From contig CAJINV010000010.1 of assembly GCA_905178155.1 (NCBI GenBank), positions 295,915 to 359,914 on the forward strand: 64,000 nucleotides of DNA, read 5' to 3'. The notes beneath the pieces are model-generated. The model did no database searches, was not told the DNA's origin, and worked only from the letters and a program-made list of their open reading frames with translations. A program made the position numbers and the translations under genes. The DNA is from Amoebophrya sp. A120. Taxonomy: Eukaryota > Protista > Dinoflagellata. How positions within the stretch are numbered: the first letter of the stretch is position 1; every line of letters begins with the position of its first letter. Positions 58,101 to 64,000 of this stretch are shown piece after piece.

Positions 58101-61100
58101 CTTCGCAGGTACTGCTTGGATTCCGTTCCGTATCGCGGGAAAAAAACTGTGTAGGTGACCGTTTGTAATGCAAGAACGCATGCAACACAGTTTTATACAC
58201 CTGTGATACTGGCCACCCATGAAAGCTCCTGTTATTTTCAGGTGTGTTTTCACGTAAGTAGTAGCTACACATGAACGGTTTATTTCTCTGTCATGACAAC
58301 ATGCACACCAAATTTGTCTTCATGCTGTCACACTCCAAGATAGCTAGACTTAACACAGATTTTTTTCATCTTGGATATTCCGATCACGGGATAGTGGAAA
58401 AACCCGGTGCGGTGGTAGCAATCATGTGGTGAAACAATATCAAGAACAAAAATCCCACCTCCCCATATCAAAACGGAAATCTGTGACGCAGATTTTTTGT
58501 CTTTGTGGTTGTCATGCTACAAGCGAAGAGATGCGGACTGTAGTGCTGGATGGCGTTCTTGGAAGGCCTTGCATCTTCAGCATGACAGTGCCTGGAAGTG
58601 GGAAACAGCGTGAAAAATTGCCTGCAAATAACGAGGCCACAGCTGTGGCTCATCTTGGCCTTCTAGCAATACAAGTCGATTTGTGTACTTACTCAAATAC
58701 AGCATCACAAGTTTCGTTTTCGATATGGGGACGGACGGGGAATTTTTCCTTTTGATAAACAAAGTTCTGCAGCTCCATAAAGCGATTAGACTCGATTTTT
58801 TTGGTGTCGCTCTGATACCCGGGCACGCTCACCTGTTCATAGTGTTCGAGTTGTTTTTCATAATGGTGCGCATATCAACATAAAGCTCAGTTGTCATGCA
58901 ACGAACAAGAAGTACATGAAATGAGGCCCAGATTATGCTCCACTGGCAGTACTTCTTCTACCTGATCTACTGACCAAACTAGTAAAATTCTTCAGTACAT
59001 CGTCGACAATCCTGGTGTCCTGGCAGGCGTCAAACATCAGCTGGGTTCGCTGTGACGCCTTTTCCGACATTATCAAGCGCAAATATGTCTGGGTCTGGAA
59101 GAGTGCACTTTTGTCATGCTTGTCTGGCATGACTCTTAAATCTGTCATGCATGTTACCCAAGAGCCCCATTTTTCTGTCATGCAAAAAAAACGCAGTTTG
59201 TCATGCAGAATAGGCAACACCTAGGCGCTGTACTAGAAACTTGTCACTCTAAGCCAGCAGCAGCACTTGTGGCTTCCTCATGATACGCCACCCAGCATCA
59301 CAAGTTTCCAGACCCAGATCGATATTTGCAATCCATAGACATCCCCGAAAGCATGTAGTCCACAACCACGTCTTTGTCGACATTGACGTAGCAGTACACG
59401 CTATCCCAGGAAAAAAGCTTGTAGGAAGGTGTAACTTTTTTGGAAGAATAGCATTACAAATCCGTCTGGCATGAGAGCAAAAACCTGTCATGCGCAGATA
59501 GCACGGGAAAACGCGCTTGGCTTGAATGGACCTTGCAATGCATGACCAGCATGACAGACGTTGCCCATCTTGCATGTTGCGCATCACAAAGTTACACTAG
59601 CAATGTTTTTTTCTTCGATAGACGTAGGAGCAGCATTTCACGTCGCAGTCGTCGCCACTACACTCGATGTCCACGTCCAGTGTGTAGTAGAATTTATCAT
59701 TCCCGTTGAACGTTACGTCGCACACGTGGGTCAGACAGGAATTAGCGGCGTTAACGACCTTCATGCGCGCCTGCACGGATTCCGAGAGCTTCGTCAGGTA
59801 TGAAAGTGCACAACCCCCCTCCTCCTCAGTTAGAGGGCACGACCATGCCTAGCAACACAAACAACCTGCAGAGTGGAACTTTCGCATAACAAATGATCCA
59901 CGCCAGTACAAGGGCTGTGACCCTTGTTGCAGCTTGGGGTTTCTTCAGAAGGTGTCATGCAAGTACGGCCAAGAGGCCTGGGTAGGATAAGGATTTGGCA
60001 ATTCGCATGACAAATGAGGGGACGAAGGGGGAGATATGCACACTCATATCAGCTCTGGCTTTACTACTTCCGGTCGTTGGTTATCCTTGTCCGCAGGCGC
60101 GGCGGCCGCGTCCCGTTCTTCCGTAGTGGGGGTTTGGATCGCATTTCCCGCTGCAGCCGCTTGCCTTTCATTGTTCTTGCCTTCTACGGGTTTGGGGTCC
60201 AAGTGGTCCAAGGAGGCAACAGGTGCAGCACTAACCTGTTTCGTCTTCTGTAGCAGCGCTGACGGTGCTGTTGACGCGGAAAGATCATGATCGTCCATCG
60301 TCGCAACACCAACAGCAACATCTTCTGCAGTGGTTTTTGTTTTCCCGTTCCTCCGGTCGATCTGCATGTTATTTGCGTGTTCAAACCGCGCCTTCTCATC
60401 TCCCTTATGCAGTGCAAGAGTATCGTGTACTCGCAGTAATTGCATTTATGCATTACAAATCTCGTTGTCGTTCTCAAGGAAAATCTAAATCAGCATTACA
60501 AATTGAATTTGTAGTGCTGCTCTGGGCTAATTGCAATTTGTAATGCAACGTATAACTAGTACGATGCTTTTGCAGTTCATATTCCTCGTTCTCTACCACT
60601 TCGAGTTCCGCCGCCGCGGACTTTTGTTCTACTCCCGCGGTGGATGACCCGGTCGCCAGCCGCTGCTTCTGCTATTCTGTGCAAAAGTATCGTACTCGTA
60701 GTAATCATCGCCGTCATGCATTACAAATCTTTTATTTCTTATAGGCAAAACAGCATGACAAACTCCATTTCTTTTTCTTATGCTGAGTGAATTTGTCATG
60801 CGATTTCTACTAGTACGATACTTTTGCAGTTCATATCTGCCTCCGCCGGGCCATCTCGGCCATCCGCTGGTTCTCCTTTTCGTCGATTTCGGCGGCCAAC
60901 TTCGCCTCCTCGTACTCGTGCACCTCGGTCAGCATCTCCACTATGGCGTTCTCAGACGTTACATTCTCAACTGTTACATAAATTTGCAATGCAAGACTGG
61001 CAAAAGTGAAAGGAGGAAGATTTTTGCGCCTTTTGCATTACAAGTTTAGCGCAGATTTAGATGCTGTTTAGTCCTTCCCAAATTTGTCATGCAAAAGCAC

Positions 61101-61577
61101 CTTAAGCCGGCAGCCGGCTTAAGGTGCTTTTGCATGATGACAAATTAATTATGTAAAACTTGAGAGTGTAACGTTTGAGAATCCCATAGCCATATCCACG
61201 TCGGTAAGCTTGTTCTTGTTCGCCTGATCATCTGCTCCAAGGGCACCTTGTTCCGGCATCTTCTTGTCCTGAAGGTTGTTGTTTCCCCGCACGTTGGCAC
61301 TATCAAAGAAAAAAAGTTCGTCACGATCACTCCCTCATGCGCATTCTTGCAATACAAAATTGCTTGTCATGCGTAAAAATGCATCACAGCCAAACTTCAT
61401 TAGGGATTTCCCTAGTGTTTCTGCAATACAAGGAAAGTTTGTGATGCTGAGAAAATTTGTAATGCAAAACCTGCAAGTTAGTGACTGTGACAAACTTTTT
61501 TCTCTCCATAGGCGCGTTTTTGCTTGTACAGCGACGCGGACGAGGACGAGGAAGCCGAGTCGCCCGACGCCGTGCTA
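55178..61577 (-). CDS. Multi-exon hypothetical protein; 5' part lies beyond the right edge
   Basis: Exons between ~15 introners translate openly (EMLTEVHEYEEAKLAAEIDEKENQR; GDEKARFEHANN; Cys-rich CLTHVCDV..ECSGDDCDVKCC; LRLIVSDSRGHNYP). Confidence 0.55.
55301..55463. mobile_element. Introner family A
   Basis: Family-A TIRs; DR GGACA. Confidence 0.9.
55518..55831. mobile_element. Introner family E (DR decayed)
   Basis: TATGCAAGCATCAGGATTGAAATCG..CGATTTCAATCCTGACATTGCCATA. Confidence 0.8.
55868..56119. mobile_element. Introner family B
   Basis: Perfect TIR; flanks TCGCG/TCGTG. Confidence 0.92.
57246..57415. mobile_element. Introner family A (degenerate)
   Basis: TATACATGGCAAAGGTATCG..CGATACTTTTGCAATGCATA. 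Confidence 0.75.
57490..57661. mobile_element. Introner, single-copy family I
   Basis: TATCCACAGTAAATTTTCCGT..ACGGGAAATTTGTATTGCATA; flanks GCGGA/GCGAA. Confidence 0.75.
57791..58046. mobile_element. Introner family B
   Basis: Family-B TIRs; DR TGCGC. Confidence 0.9.
58131..58377. mobile_element. Introner family D
   Basis: TATCGCGGGAAAAAAACTGTG..TCTTGGATA; DR TTCCG. Confidence 0.85.
58438..58757. mobile_element. Introner family H
   Basis: TATCAAGAACAAAAATCCC..CCCCATATC / GATATGGGG..GGGAATTTTTCCTTTTGATA; DR AACAA. Confidence 0.85.
59071..59337. mobile_element. Introner family B
   Basis: Family-B TIRs; DR GACAT. Confidence 0.9.
59402..59620. mobile_element. Introner family D
   Basis: TATCCCAGGAAAAAAGC..TTTTTTCTTCGATA; flanks CACGC/GACGT. 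Confidence 0.75.
59799..60048. mobile_element. Introner family C
   Basis: TATGAAAGTGCACAA..TGCACACTCATA; flanks TCAGG/TCAGC. Confidence 0.85.
60406..60581. mobile_element. Introner family A
   Basis: Family-A TIRs; flanks TCCCT/TTCCT. Confidence 0.85.
60673..60835. mobile_element. Introner family A
   Basis: Family-A TIRs; DR TCTGC. Confidence 0.9.
60942..61194. mobile_element. Introner family G with an internal perfect palindrome
   Basis: TATGGCGTTCTCAGACGTTAC..GTAACGTTTGAGAATCCCATAGCCATA; DR TCCAC. Confidence 0.85.
61301..61510. mobile_element. Introner family D
   Basis: Inverted near-identical copy of 24782-24987; flanks GGCAC/GGCGC. Confidence 0.9.
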
Positions 61578-64000
61578 TATCAAATGTAAAAGTGTCTGGG
61601 TCTGGACGAATGCAATTACTATTGAAACTGCAGCAACTACCCAAATCTGAGTTTTCTACCCCGGATCCAGGGTAGGTTCCAGGGTAGGTTCCGGGGTAGG
61701 TAACACGAGGGGACAGTGGATTTAAGAGGGGGGGGGGGTACAGCCTACCCAGGAACCGACCCAGGAACCGACTCAACCCGACTCCTCAACCGATCGATAC
61801 AGCTCGGGGAAAAAAACAAACACGAGCTGTGGAGTCGGGTGAAGAGTCGGGTAAAAGTCGGGCCCAGGGTAGGTTTTGAGTCGGGTAAAGTCGGGTAAAT
61901 AGCTCGGGAAGGGCAAAGCGACCTTACCCGACTCTACCCGACTCCAGCCGATGCGATATCCTTTGCCGATGTGTGTGGGTCTGGAAGAGGCCAATTCTGT
62001 CATGCATACTTTGCATGATCCATTATAATGCAAGCTATTTTGTCATGCATATTTTGCATAATCCACTCCGTCATGCATATTTTGCATCAGCCCAAGTCTG
62101 TCATGCATATTTTGCATGATCCATCACAAATCACAAATGGAAGCTGGATGCTCCGAGATCCACACACACCGAAGGCGGTCATCAAATGCCAAGGCGATCA
62201 CAAAACGCAAAACAATTTATGAAGATGAAAACTAAGAATAGCGCTGTTTCACGCGTAACGGAGCTGCTAGATGACTATGGCGCAGCAAAAAGATGAAGAG
62301 TTTCTAAATGGCGGCGCTTTATTTGCCACGCGTCTCCATGTCCATCTTCATACTAAAGTCATTCACTTCCAGCAGCCAGCGAAGCCGGCGCCAGGTTTTT
62401 GCCGCTTTCCCGCATGTGGGCACGGAGCAAAACCGCGCCGAAAAGCCTCGCGCCTGTCTTTTTGAAACAAAGCAAGCGAGCCCGGCGCTCAGTTTTTTAC
62501 GCTTTTCCGCATGGGGACACGGAGCAAAATCGCGCCGGAAAGCTTTGCGGTTGGCCTGCTAGCAGCTAGCGAATGAAGCCGGCGCCAGGTTTTTGCCGCT
62601 TTCCCGCATGGGGGCACGGAGCAAAGCCACGCCAAAAAGCTTCGCGCGTGGCTTTTTGGAAGCAAGCGAAGCCGGCGCCCGTGCTTTGGCGCTTTTCCGC
62701 ATGGGGCGCCAGAAAGCTTTGCGGCTGGCCTTCTACCACCTAGCGAAGCCGCCGCCAGGTTTTTGCCGCTTTCCCGCATGGGGGCAGGAGCAAGACCACG
62801 CCTGCCACAAAGCGCCGCGGCTGGCTTTTTGGGAGGGTGAACGAAGCAAGCGAAGCCGGCGCCCATTTTTTCACGCTTTGCCGCATGGGGCCACGGAGCG
62901 AGCAAAGCTAGCCGCGCCAAAAAGCCTGGAGCCTCGCTCCCGGCTGGCTTTGTGAAAACAAGCGAAGCCGGCGCCCATTTTTTGGCGCTTTCCGCAGGGG
63001 GGAACGGAGAAAAACCGCGCCGAGAAGCTTACCGCTTCGCTTTCTAGCTAGCAACTGGCGAAATCGGCGCCAGGCTTTTGCCGCTTTGCTTCCCGCATGG
63101 GGGCACGGGGCAAAACCACGCCAAAAGGCTTCGCGGCCGGTTTTTGGTAGCAAGCGAAACCGGCGCCCATTTTTTCACGCTTTACCGCATGGGGGCGCGG
63201 GGCTTAGCCGCGCAAAAAAGCTCGGCGGTTGGCTTTCTGGCAGCTAGCGAAACCGGCGCCAGGTTTTTCCCGCTTTCCCGCATGGGGGCACGGAGCAAAA
63301 CCACGCCAAAAGCAAAAGCTTCCCGGCTGGCTTTTTGAAAGCAAGCGAAGCCGGCGCCCATTTTTTGGCGCTTTTCCGCATGGAGGCACGGAGCAAAACC
63401 GCGCCGCAAGGCCTTGCGGTCGGCCTTCTAGCAGCTAGCGAAAACGGCGCCAGGTTTTTGCCGCTTTCCCACATGGGGGCACGGAGCGGAACCACGCCAA
63501 AAAGCGCCGCGGCTGGCTTTTTGGATGGAAGCAAGCGAAACCGACGCCGATGCTGTGGCGCTTTCCCGCGTGGGGGCACGGAGCAAAGCCGCGCGAAGCT
63601 TTGCGACCGACCGAGCGGCTGGCTTTCTAGCAGCTAACGAAAGCGGCGCCAGGCTTTTGCCGCTTTCCCGCATAGGGGCACGGGGCAAAACCACGCCCAA
63701 AAGCTTCCCGGCTGGCTTTTTGAAAGCAAGCGAAGCCGGCGCCCATTTTTTGGCCGGCGCTTTTCCGAATGGACGCACGGAGCAAAACCGCGCCAAAAGG
63801 CCCCGCGGTCGGTTTTCTAGCAAGCAGCTAGCGAAGCCGGCGCCGGGTTTTTGCCGCTTTCCCGCATTGGGGTACGGAGCAGAACCACGCCAAAAAGCTT
63901 CGCGGCTGGCTTTTTGGAAGCAAGCGAAACCGGCGCCAATGTTTTGGCGCTTTTCCACATGGGGGCACGGAGCAAAGCCGCCCGCGCGAAGCTTTGCGGG
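61578..64000. mobile_element. Oversized intron/element opened by an unpaired family-B TIR, open at the right edge
   Basis: TATCAAATGTAAAAGTGTCTGGGTCTGGA at 61578 adjoining an exon; no closing TIR in the window. Confidence 0.55.
62375..64000 (+). repeat. GC-rich tandem satellite, ~95-bp monomer in alternating variants (~190-bp dimer)
   Basis: Recurring GCGAAGCCGGCGCC(AGGTTTTTG/CATTTTTT)..CGCTTTCCCGCATGGGGGCACGGAGCAAAACC. Confidence 0.92.

Noticed and set aside
58466-58725. Element with inverted (CCCCA/TGGGG) instead of direct flanks
   Set aside because: These bases are part of a longer TIR; the true ends are 58438-58757 with DR AACAA.
62271-63958. Multiple ORFs in the satellite
   Set aside because: They are translations of GC-rich tandem repeats, open on both strands.

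Overview
Eukaryotic genomic DNA whose architecture strongly resembles the parasitic dinoflagellate Amoebophrya (Syndiniales); the assignment is inferred from intron structure, not from a database hit. All host genes I can read lie on the minus strand: an STT3 oligosaccharyltransferase (~20.1-33.3 kb), a nucleotidyltransferase, a dual-specificity-phosphatase-like gene, a BAG-like protein and several hypothetical multi-exon genes. They are interrupted by about 60 short (145-330 nt) non-GT-AG elements. These have terminal inverted repeats (TAT...ATA), 5-bp flanking direct repeats and a shared TGTNATGC motif, and in the junctions I translated, deleting the element plus 5 nt restores the reading frame (introner-type non-canonical introns, at least 9 TIR families). 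The most notable object is at the left edge: a plus-strand gene (<=872-4332) that, after removing three such introns, encodes an OTU protease domain followed by a Gypsy/Ginger-type H2C2-DDE-GPF integrase with no reverse transcriptase. It lies inside a >5.4-kb host intron bounded by an unpaired introner TIR at 5469, making it a candidate autonomous element for the introner system. Also present: a 4.5-kb foldback transposon inside a coding region, a 3-4-level nested element stack (50.3-51.9 kb), an insertion flanked by a 48-bp exon duplication, and a satellite-filled oversized intron at the right edge. Coordinates were read by eye and may be off by a few nt.
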